A DNA stretch of 64,000 nt from the NCBI GenBank assembly GCA_963701095.1, contig OY969564.1, forward strand, positions 384,001 to 448,000. Direction: 5' to 3'. Both the position numbers and the translations under genes were made by a program. The notes beneath the pieces are model-generated. The model searched no databases. It saw only the letters and a program-made list of their open reading frames with translations, and was not told the DNA's origin. Shown here piece after piece: positions 32,989 to 43,400 of the stretch. Numbering within the stretch: position 1 is the first letter of the stretch; the number at the start of each line of letters is the position of its first letter. The DNA is from an uncultured Methanoregulaceae archaeon. Lineage in GTDB: Archaea; Halobacteriota; Methanomicrobia; Methanomicrobiales; Methanospirillaceae.

Positions 32989-33402
32989 ATGAGTTTTGTT
33001 AAAGTTGCAAAAGCTGGTGAGATACCTGCCGGAGCTATGAAACATGTTGAGGTGGGCGGGACAGAGATTTGCATTGCAAATGTCAAAGGGACATTTTATG
33101 CAATCGGAGACCGTTGTGGCCACGAGAATGCAAGGCTCTCCCGGGGCTCCCTGATGGATACCATCGTGACTTGCCCCATGCATTCTTCACAGTTTGACGT
33201 AACCACCGGGAAACTTATGTCCGGGCCGGTTCTGGAACTCGGCGGGCTCAAGGAGATGTTTACCGGCTGTCCCGAAAAAGTGAAAAAAGCGGTGGCGCAG
33301 ATGTTTGAGGGAATTGTCGAGGAGCAGCGCCTGATCAAGACGTACGATCAATCGGTTTACGAAGTGAAAGTGGATGGTGATGATGTGCTGGTTCAGCTTT
33401 AA
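32989..33402 (+). CDS. Rieske [2Fe-2S] ferredoxin
   Basis: CGH...CPMH ligands, FDVTTGK..GP; helical insertion before the C-terminal strands. Confidence 0.9.
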   Translation: MSFVKVAKAGEIPAGAMKHVEVGGTEICIANVKGTFYAIGDRCGHENARLSRGSLMDTIVTCPMHSSQFDVTTGKLMSGPVLELGGLKEMFTGCPEKVKKAVAQMFEGIVEEQRLIKTYDQSVYEVKVDGDDVLVQL

Positions 33403-33625
33403 ACTCAGGTGTTGACCGATGCAGCCTGAACAAATTAGGTAACATTCAACGAGATTGTCTATGATTAAAACAAGAGAGACAACCCAATAATGTGCAATAA
33501 ATGTATTCAAATAACCAATTTCGGCTCTGTTAACTTGTTAGGAGATAATCATTTTTTCAATGCTAATTCATGAAAAATCATGACGAGATGAATATATCAA
33601 GTCCCGATAATGCACCAGAATCCCA

Positions 33626-35302
33626 TCAGTTACCAGTCTCAAGTATTCGCCAAAAACCTTTGGGCACCGTTATCTCAAACCGGGCACCTTTACCAAATAC
33701 ACCGTTCTCTTTGATAGTAAGCCCGGTAATCGCGAGGATTTCCTTTACAAGGAACAACCCGTATCCTGTATTCTTTCCAAATCCTCGTTCAAAAATTCTT
33801 TCCTTATCCTCGTCCGGGATTCCGCCTCCATCATCTTGATAAACAATAATCAGGTCGTCATGGTCTCTACGATATTCTAGTGAAATGCTGGTCAGGTTTT
33901 TTCCATGACGAAGGGAATTTTCAAGGAGATTGCCATATATTTTTTCGATAAGCAAATCAGTATAGATCTCAAGATTGCCGGTATTGACCACTATTGAAAC
34001 TCCACCCAAATCTGTGGTTTCAAGAACTTTTGTTACCGTAGCATTGACATTATTCCACTGTGAAGGTTGGATCCCAATATTCTGGTAATCACGGGTAAAC
34101 GTAATCTGGCGTCTGATGGTCTCGGCAATCTGTTGTTCCTGGTTTGCGAGCTCGGCAATTTTTGTATCGTCTGCAACCTTTTTTGTCATTCCGATATAGC
34201 CTGATAGACTATTGAGTTGGTTGAGAATGTCATGTCTTGTAACACTATTCAAGAGGACAATCTGTTTAGTTGCCTTGCGTATCCCCTCTTCTGCCCTTTT
34301 CTGTTCAGTGATGTCATGGCTGACTCCAAAGACGACATTCTTGACCCGATCATATTCCGCAATCGATTGAATAGTCATAAATGCGTTATCACCCGGCCTC
34401 TGAATCTTAAACTCAATATTGTATGGTTTGTTTTGTTCGATCAATTCCTGAAGGGCCTTATCCAACGCCTGCCGGTACTCAGGAAGTGCTATCTTCTGGA
34501 ACTCTCTAACATCCCATTCCTCACCCGAGAGACCGTACAGCTTCCGTGCTCCATCGGATGCTGTCAGTTTGTTCCGGTCAGGATAATATTCCCAGTTACC
34601 AAAATGCGCAACACCTTCTGCACGTCTGAGCCGGGCCATATTGTGCATAAGGGCCTCTTCTGCTTTATTGCGCTCTTCGATCTCTTTCTGGAGTGCATCA
34701 TTTGTGGTGACAAGCGCTGCAGTCCGTAACCGAACCCGTTCCTCTAACTCCTGCTGATATCGTTTCATTTCCGTGATATCTTCAAGGATAATCCCGACTG
34801 CCTGGCTACCATCTTCAAACACGAGAGGAATAAATTTAATTTTGAAAAACCGTTCATCGTCTTCAACATTGAAATACGCTTCGAAGCTGCATTCCTTTCC
34901 GTCCAGTGCTTTTTCAAGAGCTGCAAAGTGTTCTCCGGTAAAGTATGGTGAGATCTTTGAATGTTCCAGCTTGAGTCCCTTAAGATCGTCTTTTGAGATA
35001 TTAAAATAAGAAAGGAGGGAGTCATTGACTTCTTGAATGAAAAGATCCTGATCAAGGATCATAATCAGATCGGAAGCGAGACTCAACAGGTTGGTCAACG
35101 GCAGCCTTTGGTTAACATAGAACAATTTTGCCGGTCCCAGAACCCGCAAATCTGCCTGCCCGGATACGACCAGGGAATTAAGATATTTCGCTGCAGTGGA
35201 ACGATTCAGCGAGAGTTTCTTTGATACTTGCTCAATGGTCAGTCCTTTGGGGTTGTCCTTTAAGAGATCCCGGATCCGCACCAATTCGCTCTCCTGAACC
35301 AT
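33626..35302 (-). CDS. wHTH-PAS-PAS histidine kinase
   Basis: N-terminal GLTIEQVSKKLSLNRSTAAKYL HTH, PAS domains, VTRHD H-box, HATPase. Confidence 0.9.
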   Translation of the reverse strand: MVQESELVRIRDLLKDNPKGLTIEQVSKKLSLNRSTAAKYLNSLVVSGQADLRVLGPAKLFYVNQRLPLTNLLSLASDLIMILDQDLFIQEVNDSLLSYFNISKDDLKGLKLEHSKISPYFTGEHFAALEKALDGKECSFEAYFNVEDDERFFKIKFIPLVFEDGSQAVGIILEDITEMKRYQQELEERVRLRTAALVTTNDALQKEIEERNKAEEALMHNMARLRRAEGVAHFGNWEYYPDRNKLTASDGARKLYGLSGEEWDVREFQKIALPEYRQALDKALQELIEQNKPYNIEFKIQRPGDNAFMTIQSIAEYDRVKNVVFGVSHDITEQKRAEEGIRKATKQIVLLNSVTRHDILNQLNSLSGYIGMTKKVADDTKIAELANQEQQIAETIRRQITFTRDYQNIGIQPSQWNNVNATVTKVLETTDLGGVSIVVNTGNLEIYTDLLIEKIYGNLLENSLRHGKNLTSISLEYRRDHDDLIIVYQDDGGGIPDEDKERIFERGFGKNTGYGLFLVKEILAITGLTIKENGVFGKGARFEITVPKGFWRILETGN

Positions 35303-35567
35303 ATTGAGTACCTCTTTCTCTCTTAATTTGCGTTATATTCTTATAAACATCACTTTTTTCTACTAAATTTAATCAACTGATTTAATCATCACATATTAAC
35401 TAATGTATCAAATCAGTATATTAATTCAATGTATGTAATCAAAGGTTCTAATCATCACAATAAGAAAAATATAAATACTTTGGTGGGAGAGTATTCTCTA
35501 TGCCCAAAATCCATGCACACAAAGTGCTCATCGGGTTTCACAAAAACTTGAGCGTAGGGCGGTAATA

Positions 35568-35750
35568 ATGGAGATTTGGAATCGCCAGCAAAATGACATG
35601 GACCGATTCGAACAACAACTTAGCTCCATTGCTACCTTACTAAATGAGCATTTTAGCGTTGTCGATGAAATCTGCCGGAAATTTGAGGAATGTTGTGAGA
35701 TTCCCATAATTCCGGACGCTGATACCAGGAGAGGGTACACATGTTCCTGA
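35568..35750 (+). CDS. Small hypothetical protein
   Basis: 60-aa ORF overlapping the next ORF in a + strand run. Confidence 0.4.
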   Translation: MEIWNRQQNDMDRFEQQLSSIATLLNEHFSVVDEICRKFEECCEIPIIPDADTRRGYTCS

Positions 35751-36073
35751 AGGTTCGGGGAAAAACTCCTGGAATTGATTGCATGATGATGGGTCGGATG
35801 AAATCTACTCGTACTGGAATGTTATGGGCTCTTGAACAGATAGTGCCCCAAAACAGTGGCTTAGATCACCTAATTATTCTGCCAATGCAGAAAAATTCGG
35901 TGAATTTCATGGAATCCTCTACAGGAATTAAAACCCTTTGGATACATTACGCCTGGCTTGTGATAGGTTCAGAGGCATTTCCTGAGATGGCATCGTTCAG
36001 TGAAAAAGCAGGACACATTTTCCAGAAACCGTATTCGATGCCCGGCAGCCAGCAAATGTTGGTTGCACAGTAA
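35741..36073 (+). CDS. Hypothetical protein
   Basis: 110-aa ORF with GGAGAGG upstream. Confidence 0.45.
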   Translation: MFLKVRGKTPGIDCMMMGRMKSTRTGMLWALEQIVPQNSGLDHLIILPMQKNSVNFMESSTGIKTLWIHYAWLVIGSEAFPEMASFSEKAGHIFQKPYSMPGSQQMLVAQ

Positions 36074-36088
36074 TGAGGGGGGAGTATC

Positions 36089-36250
36089 TTGGAACTGATG
36101 GGAATTACCGTTGAAAATGACACAACCTGGATTAAATTTGCTGACCTGTTGGTTGAATCTGGTGTGATTGACGATTGGATCGGACTAAAGAACAAGAGCA
36201 GTTCGTCAATTAATGTTGGTAAACGCTCTGATAATTTCAAATTGGGTTAA
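36089..36250 (+). CDS. 53-aa microprotein, paralog 1
   Basis: MELMGITVENDTTWIKFADLLVESGVIDDWIG...; TTG start after GGGGGAG; stop 3 bp before satP. Confidence 0.6.
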   Translation: MELMGITVENDTTWIKFADLLVESGVIDDWIGLKNKSSSSINVGKRSDNFKLG

Positions 36251-36253
36251 ATC

Positions 36254-36847
36254 ATGGACACTGAAACTAACTTTATCAAGGATACGATTAGGATTGCCGA
36301 TACGACTGCCAACCCAGCGCCGCTGGGACTACTGGCATTTGGTATGACGACAATTCTGCTGAACCTGCATAATGCCGGGTTCTTTGCGATGGGATCTGCG
36401 ATCTTTGCAATGGGGATATTCTTTGGCGGGATTGCGCAGATCATTGCGGGTATTATGGAATGGAAGAAGAACAACACGTTTGGTTCGACCGCATTTATCG
36501 CATACGGTTTTTTCTGGATCTCTCTCGTAGGCCTGATTCTTATGCCAGTGTTCGGCTGGAGCGGTCCCATCCAGATGCAAGCAATTGTATCGTTCCTTAC
36601 GTTGTGGGGTTTGTTTTCGTTTGTGATGTTCATCATCACATTGCGATTGTCAAAAGCGCTCCAAGTGGTCTTTGGAACCTTGACCTTATTGTTCCTCCTC
36701 CTTATCGTAGGTAATGCAACCGGCAATGGTGTTGTTCTCCAAACCGCAGGTATCGTGGGTATCATCTGTGGGCTTAGCGCGATGTACACAGCCCTTGGCC
36801 AGGTAATGAATGAAGTGTATAAAGAACAGGTTATCAAACTCGGGTGA
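36254..36847 (+). CDS. satP: Acetate uptake transporter, GPR1/FUN34/YaaH (SatP) family
   Basis: ANPAPLGLLAFGMTT, GGIAQ..AG..E, NTFG..AF..YG.FW signature. Confidence 0.93.
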   Translation: MDTETNFIKDTIRIADTTANPAPLGLLAFGMTTILLNLHNAGFFAMGSAIFAMGIFFGGIAQIIAGIMEWKKNNTFGSTAFIAYGFFWISLVGLILMPVFGWSGPIQMQAIVSFLTLWGLFSFVMFIITLRLSKALQVVFGTLTLLFLLLIVGNATGNGVVLQTAGIVGIICGLSAMYTALGQVMNEVYKEQVIKLG

Positions 36848-37038
36848 AAATCCTCGTAGAATTACAGGAATTAACTGAAATGTTTGAGATAAATCCGCTG
36901 GGACACGGTGTTGTGGATCCAATCTCAAATTCGTTTTGGAGAATGACAAGTTCTGCAAACTTGTCGGATACAGTAGGGATGGTTGCTCGCAATAAAATGT
37001 CCCGATTTCAGGCAACAGGGGAGAAACTATGGAACTGA
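36844..37038 (+). CDS. Small hypothetical protein
   Basis: GTGA overlap with the satP stop; overlaps the next microprotein. Confidence 0.35.
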   Translation: MKILVELQELTEMFEINPLGHGVVDPISNSFWRMTSSANLSDTVGMVARNKMSRFQATGEKLWN

Positions 37039-37169
37039 TGGGAATTACCGTTGAAAATGACACAACCTGGATGAAATTTGCAGACCTGTTGGTTACATCT
37101 GGTGTAATTGACGATTGGATAGAAAATCATCAACTTTCCTCAAAAGAACAGGGGGCAGATACCATGTAA
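37029..37169 (+). CDS. 46-aa microprotein, paralog 2
   Basis: MELMGITVENDTTWMKFADLLVTSGVIDDWIEN...; 29 of the first 31 residues match paralog 1. Confidence 0.6.
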   Translation: MELMGITVENDTTWMKFADLLVTSGVIDDWIENHQLSSKEQGADTM

Positions 37170-37362
37170 GTCGGGCTTCCGAATATCAGCCGTTGATTGT
37201 TACAGGATTTATCTTCCTGCCGATATTATTGGCTGGTCTTCGATACCGGCTACAGGAAAAAGTACGGTCCCTTAAACACACAATTGCGAACTTCAAAAAT
37301 TTTGCAAAAATGCAGTATGGGAAAGAGAAAAATGAAAAAAATGAAAAAACAGGAGTAAAAAA

Positions 37363-39498
37363 ATGGATTCAAATGAAATGGATGAACTGCTGGTGAAAGC
37401 ATTCCGTGGGGATGCAAATTGCCAGACTGATGCACGAAGAGAGATTGCCGCGATGTTTACTTCGCTCGATAAGATGGCTGCAGATGCGAAGATGCTCGCT
37501 AAAGCTGCAGTTGATGGAAAACTTGAGACCCGTGCGGATGCTACCAAACACACTGGTGTATACCGTGAGATTGTTGAAGGTGTTAATAAGACTCTTGACG
37601 CGGTTATCATGCCACTCAATGTAGCGGCAGACTATGTCGATAAGATCTCCAAAGGTGAGATTCCAGAGAAAATTACTGACAAATACAATGGCGATTTCAA
37701 CGTCATCAAGAACAACCTCAACACCTGTATTGATGCGGTTAACCTTCTAGTCAAGGATGCAAAGATGCTCAGCGTGGCTGCGGTTGAGGGAAAACTCGCA
37801 ACACGTGCTGATGCATCCAAGCATATGGGAGATTACCGTAAGATCGTTCAGGGTGTCGATGACTGTCTTGACGCAGTGATTGGACCTCTCAATGTAGCGG
37901 CAGACTATGTCGATAAGATCTCCAAAGGTGAGATTCCAGAGAAAATTACTGACAAATACAATGGCGATTTCAACGTCATCAAGAACAACCTCAACACCTG
38001 TATTGATGCGGTTAACCTTCTAGTCAAGGATGCAAAGATGCTATCGAATGCCGCTGTCGAAGGTGCACTAAAGACGCGGGCTGATGCAACCAAGCACCAG
38101 GGCGATTATAAGAAGATTGTCGAAGGAGTTAACGCCACACTTGACTCTGTCATCGGACCCTTGAATGTTGCCGCTGATTATGTCGATAAGATTAGCAAGG
38201 GTGCAATCCCCAGCAAGATAACCGACAATTACAATGGAGACTTCAATGTCATCAAGAACAACTTAAACAACTGTATTGATGCCGTTAACCTCCTCGTCAA
38301 GGATGCCGGTATGTTGGCCCTTGCTGCAGAGGAAGGGAGACTCGCGACACGTGCCGATGCAACCAAGCATCAGGGTGATTACCGCAAGATTGTCGAAGGT
38401 GTCAACAATACCTTGGATCGTGTCATCCAACCGGTCAACGAAGCGCTTCGCATGTCACAAGAGTATGCAAAGCAAAACTTCACCGCACGTGTTGACGAGA
38501 AACTCAAGGTGGCCGGTGATTTTGTCGTATTCAAAGAAGCCCTTAACAATATAGGAATTGCAGTCTCCGCGGCTGTTAAAGAAGTGAACTCTCAGACCGC
38601 CAGCCTCTCAGCATCTGCTGAGGAAGCAACAGCAAGCCTCAACGAAGTCGCAACAGGCTCTGCCCAGATTGCAAACAATGCTCAGAAAGTAAACGAATTT
38701 GCAGAGAAGAGCAACAACGGAATTGCCCAGGTACTCAAGGCCATGGAGGATATGACTACTTCGGTCCAGCAGGTCTCAACCAGTATGGAAAATGTTTCCA
38801 ACCAAGCAAAAGCTGCTGCAGACGCCTCCAAGAGTGGTGCAGTGCTTGCTGAAAACGTCGAGAAAGGCATGGCAGATATCTCTACCTCAGCAGGTACAGT
38901 CAACGACATCGTCCAGGATATTGAAAAACAGATGGCAGATATCAGCAAGATTGTTGACCTGATCCGGGACCTTGCTAACCAGACAAACCTGCTCGCACTT
39001 AACGCAGCCATTGAGGCTGCACGGGCTGGAGATGCAGGACGCGGGTTTGCCGTTGTCGCTGCAGAAGTAAAATCTCTTGCCCAGGAATCACGTGGCAGTG
39101 CTGAAAAGATTGAGGAAATGATTGCCAACCTGAACCAGTCAACCAAGAATGCAGCGGTAGCCACCGATAATGCCAAGAACCAGGTTTCCAAAGGAGCACA
39201 GATGTCGTCTCAAGCACTCCAGGCATTCCGCAGTATCAATGAGGCTGCCGAGAAAGTATTTTCTGCCGCAACGGAAGTGGCAGCAGCTACCGAAGAACAG
39301 GCAGCAACTACCGAAGAGATCACGGCTAGCGTTACTGAAGTCAGGGGCCAGATTGAAGGAACCACAAAGGAAGCAAGTAATGCAGCCGCTGCATCAGAAG
39401 AAGCAACGGCATCCATCAATGAAGTCAACAAAGTTGTTGAAAACCTCAACAAGATTGTTGAAACTGTCTCCAAAGAAATGGCAAAATTCACCGTATGA
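37363..39498 (+). CDS. Cytoplasmic poly-HAMP methyl-accepting chemotaxis protein
   Basis: No TM segment; 91-aa double-HAMP repeats; [27 protein letters not shown]. Confidence 0.93.
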   Translation: MDSNEMDELLVKAFRGDANCQTDARREIAAMFTSLDKMAADAKMLAKAAVDGKLETRADATKHTGVYREIVEGVNKTLDAVIMPLNVAADYVDKISKGEIPEKITDKYNGDFNVIKNNLNTCIDAVNLLVKDAKMLSVAAVEGKLATRADASKHMGDYRKIVQGVDDCLDAVIGPLNVAADYVDKISKGEIPEKITDKYNGDFNVIKNNLNTCIDAVNLLVKDAKMLSNAAVEGALKTRADATKHQGDYKKIVEGVNATLDSVIGPLNVAADYVDKISKGAIPSKITDNYNGDFNVIKNNLNNCIDAVNLLVKDAGMLALAAEEGRLATRADATKHQGDYRKIVEGVNNTLDRVIQPVNEALRMSQEYAKQNFTARVDEKLKVAGDFVVFKEALNNIGIAVSAAVKEVNSQTASLSASAEEATASLNEVATGSAQIANNAQKVNEFAEKSNNGIAQVLKAMEDMTTSVQQVSTSMENVSNQAKAAADASKSGAVLAENVEKGMADISTSAGTVNDIVQDIEKQMADISKIVDLIRDLANQTNLLALNAAIEAARAGDAGRGFAVVAAEVKSLAQESRGSAEKIEEMIANLNQSTKNAAVATDNAKNQVSKGAQMSSQALQAFRSINEAAEKVFSAATEVAAATEEQAATTEEITASVTEVRGQIEGTTKEASNAAAASEEATASINEVNKVVENLNKIVETVSKEMAKFTV
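37615..38042 (+). repeat. Exact 155-bp intragenic direct repeat, period 273 bp
   Basis: 37615-37769 is identical to 37888-38042; the third repeat is diverged at synonymous sites. Confidence 0.85.
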
Positions 39499-39507
39499 GG
39501 GGGAACC

Positions 39508-40068
39508 ATGGCAGCAAAGGCAGCAGCAGAACCAAAAATTGAGAACAATGGATCCCTGCCGGAACAGGAACCCAGTTCACGCTCCCGGGGAGTAAAAGGA
39601 GCCTCGAAGGATATCCAAGTCGTGGAATTTGTTCTGGGAAAAGAACACTTTGCCATCGACCTGTTCGATGTCAAAGAGGTGGTGGAGTATACCACCATCA
39701 CAAAACTTCCCAACACCCCACCGTATATCAGGGGTATGATCGATCTCCGCGGGGAAATTACAACTATCGTCGATCTCAAGCAACGCCTCAATATCCATGA
39801 GGGGGACGATATCATTGAAGAGAATAAACGGATCATTGTCCTTGACGAGAAGATAACCAAATCCAAAGTTGGCATCATGGTCGACGATGTTTCTTCAGTA
39901 TCGACATTTGAGCTCACTCAAGTCGATGACACGTCAGGAGTCGGAAACCAGGACAGCAATGCAATCATCGGGATCATTAAAAAGAAGGTCCGGATCAAGG
40001 ACAAAGATGTGAACGAGCTGATCATCTGGATTGATATTAAACCCCTCCTCGAAGACATCCACATGTAA
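39508..40068 (+). CDS. cheW: Chemotaxis coupling protein CheW
   Basis: VVEFVLGKEHFAI..VKEV..ITKLPNTPPYIRGMIDLRGEITTIVDL. Confidence 0.93.
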   Translation: MAAKAAAEPKIENNGSLPEQEPSSRSRGVKGASKDIQVVEFVLGKEHFAIDLFDVKEVVEYTTITKLPNTPPYIRGMIDLRGEITTIVDLKQRLNIHEGDDIIEENKRIIVLDEKITKSKVGIMVDDVSSVSTFELTQVDDTSGVGNQDSNAIIGIIKKKVRIKDKDVNELIIWIDIKPLLEDIHM

Positions 40069-40451
40069 AAAAGGTGGCAGAACAATCGGGTGGTCACCAG
40101 GAAACGATGAAACAAATATGATTGTAAGCGAGGGGAAAAATTGGAGCGGGCGGATCGAGAACCTCAAAAAAATGGAGGGGGTGAACGATCCTCCCGGTTT
40201 CCGGAAAGTCTGGCGGGCATTATGAGACCATGGGCTATCCCGGATACCATCTAACCCCATATATCGCTTGATCAAAAGACATCGGGATACAAGCGTCAAC
40301 GAGCTAAAGGTATGAAACTCGGTATTGTTGCGAGAATGATAACAGGTCGGGTTAACGTATGAAATACCTCTATGCTCTTCTGGTTCGCATCCAGATCCCG
40401 ATTTTTTCAAATAGACCGGATAAATTCGACAAAATAGACAGGAAATGAAAT

Positions 40452-43400
40452 ATGAAAGAAACAGATGATGGGTCACGAACGGATCATACCTTTGCATCCT
40501 TTTCAGAAGCCGATGGAGAGAGATTAAACTCCAAAAAGATCTCGGTCCTGTACGTGGATGAGAACTCATCGTTACTGGATATCGTATGCAGGTACCTGGA
40601 AATGGACGGTGAAATAATGGTTGATACATCATTATCCTGGGAAACTGCGATTGAAAGGATGAGATATATCAAGTACGACGTGATCGTTACTGATTATAAT
40701 ATTAACAACGGGGATGGAAACGAACTGCTCAAGTCTGTAAGGAATTTGGGCATAATGATACCCGTTGTATTTTTCGTTCTTTTCCGCTCAGATGAACTGG
40801 AGAAAGAAGCACTCCAGTACGGTAACGTATTATTTACTGAAAAACTGGCTATGTCCCTGGGTTCCCCGTTTCCCAATCTCTATAATACCATAAAAAAAGC
40901 CGTGTCACAAAATCAGGATAACACCCGGCGGAACCGGTTTGCCATATTGAGACCGGAGGGGATTAAAACGCTTTCGGTGCTCTATGTGGATGATGAGCCG
41001 GCGCTTCTGGATATATGCAAACATTTCCTTGAGAATTCAAAGGAGATGTCGATCGATACAGCAACCTCAGCAAACGAGGGACTTGAAAATATTAACACTA
41101 AAACCTACGATGCAATTGTTTCTGATTACATGATGCCAGGAATGGATGGTATCCAGTTTTTAATTGAAGTACGGAAACGTTTTGGAGAGATCCCTTTTAT
41201 CCTGTTCACCGGAAGGGGTAGGGAAGAGGTGGCTATTCAGGCTATCGATAACGGGGCAGATTTTTATGTTCAGAAAGGCGGCGACCCGGTTGCACAGTTT
41301 GTAGACCTGGCTCACAAGGTAAAACTCGCGGTTAATACATTCAGATCTAATGAAAAACTGGTCTATTATAACCGGCTTTATACGATCCTTTCCGGCGTAA
41401 ATTCTACGATTGTTCATACCGATGACAAGGATACACTTTTCTCCGAGATCTGCCGGATCGCTATTGAAAAGGGCAAATTCCGGATGGCGTGGATAGGACT
41501 CATTGATTCTGCAGTTGACCTGTTACGCCCGGTAGCTTTTGCCGGATTTGAAGAGGGGTATCTTACATCAATACGGATCTCAATCAAAGATGAACCTTAC
41601 GGGCAGGGACCCAGTGGACGTGCAGTTCGCGAGAAAGAGCATATCGTTTATAATGACATTGATACAAACCCCATGATGGCACCGTGGTATGCAGAGATAA
41701 AAGCACGGGGGTACCGATCAACAGCAGCTTTTCCGCTGTTCCTGAATGAAAAGGTTATAGGCACATTCCAACTCTATGCTGCTGAACCTCATTTCTTTTC
41801 TGATGATGAGATCCTGCTTCTCGATGAGATTGCCTCTGATGTATCATTTGCATTGGAAAGGTTTGAAGCCGAGCAGCAGCGCAGTGAGGTGGAGCGGGAA
41901 CTCCGGAATAAAAACGAAGATCTCATGGCAGCCTACGCACAGATCAGCGCAACTGAAGAGGAGCTCCGACAGAACCTTGACGAGACCATAAACGGTCAGG
42001 CCCAGTTACAGGAAAGCGAGGAAAAGTACCGAACTCTAGTCGACAAAGCAAATGAAGCCATCGTGATGGTTCAGGAAGGTCTTTTAGTATTCGCAAACCC
42101 GCGGATGTCAAAATTGCTCGATATTCAATCTGAAAAACTGATCGGGAGTTCCTTTTTGGATTACGTCCATCCCGATGACCGGGAAAAGGTTGCCGGATAT
42201 TATAAAACATGCTTATCCGGAAAGAATGTGTCTGACGGTTACGAATTCAGGTTTATTCGAAATGATGGAACGATGATTTGGGTTCATAACAATGCAGCCC
42301 GGATCCTGTGGCACAAAAAGCAGGTGACCCTCAACCTGATTACAGATATCACAGAACGCAAAAAATCTCAAGATGACTTAAATGAGAAACAAGCCGATCT
42401 CGAGGCTGCGTATGAAGAGCTTATCTCAACCCAAGAAGAACTTCGTAAAAATTTTGATCTCCTGACACTTCACGAACGGGAGTTATACGAGAGTGAGCAA
42501 CATTTAATCAGTATTATCGATTTTCTGCCGGATGCGACATTTGTCATTGACCAAAAAGGAACCGTTATCGCATGGAACCGGGCAATCGAGGATATGACCG
42601 GAATCGGCAAGGCTGAAATGATCGGTAAGGGGAACCGTGAATACACAATCCCGTTCTATGGCGAACGAAGGCACAACCTTCTTGACCTGATCGGTACCGA
42701 TGATGATGAACTAAAAGCGAAATACCAGTATGTTAAAAGAAAAGGCCAGACTCTCTATGCAGAGGTCTTCACACCTGCATTGTATGGCGGAAAAGGGGCA
42801 TACGTATGGGCGACCGTATCACCACTTTTTGATCATCAGGGTAACCGCACCGGTGCCATAGAATCCATCCGTGATATAACCGAGAATAAAAAAGAAGAAG
42901 AGACACTTCGTGAAACGCGTGATTATCTCGAAAGCCTCATCTCCTATTCAAATACACCAATCATTGTCTGGAACCCGGATTTTGAGATCGTTCGGTTTAA
43001 CAATGCTTTCGAAGATTTAACGGGAATTCCTGCTGCAGAAGCAATCGGAAAACCTCTCTTTACTCTTTTCCCTGAAGATAGTAGGGATTCCTCAATTTCC
43101 CTAGTAAAAAGGACGTTAGCCGATGACCATTGGGATTGCGTTGAGATTCCTGTCCTCAATAAGATCACTGGCTCCGTAAAAACGGTCCTTTGGAATTCTG
43201 CAAATATTCTTGACAAATCCGGGTCATCGGTCGTTGCAACAATAGCCCAGGGACAGGATATTACCGATCGGAAAAATGCCGAGATTACCTTACTTAAGGC
43301 AAATAAGCAGCTCAACCTGCTCTCATCAATCACGCGGCATGATATTGCGAACAAAATCACGGGCATTCTTGGGATATTAGCAATAATGCATAAACTTACA

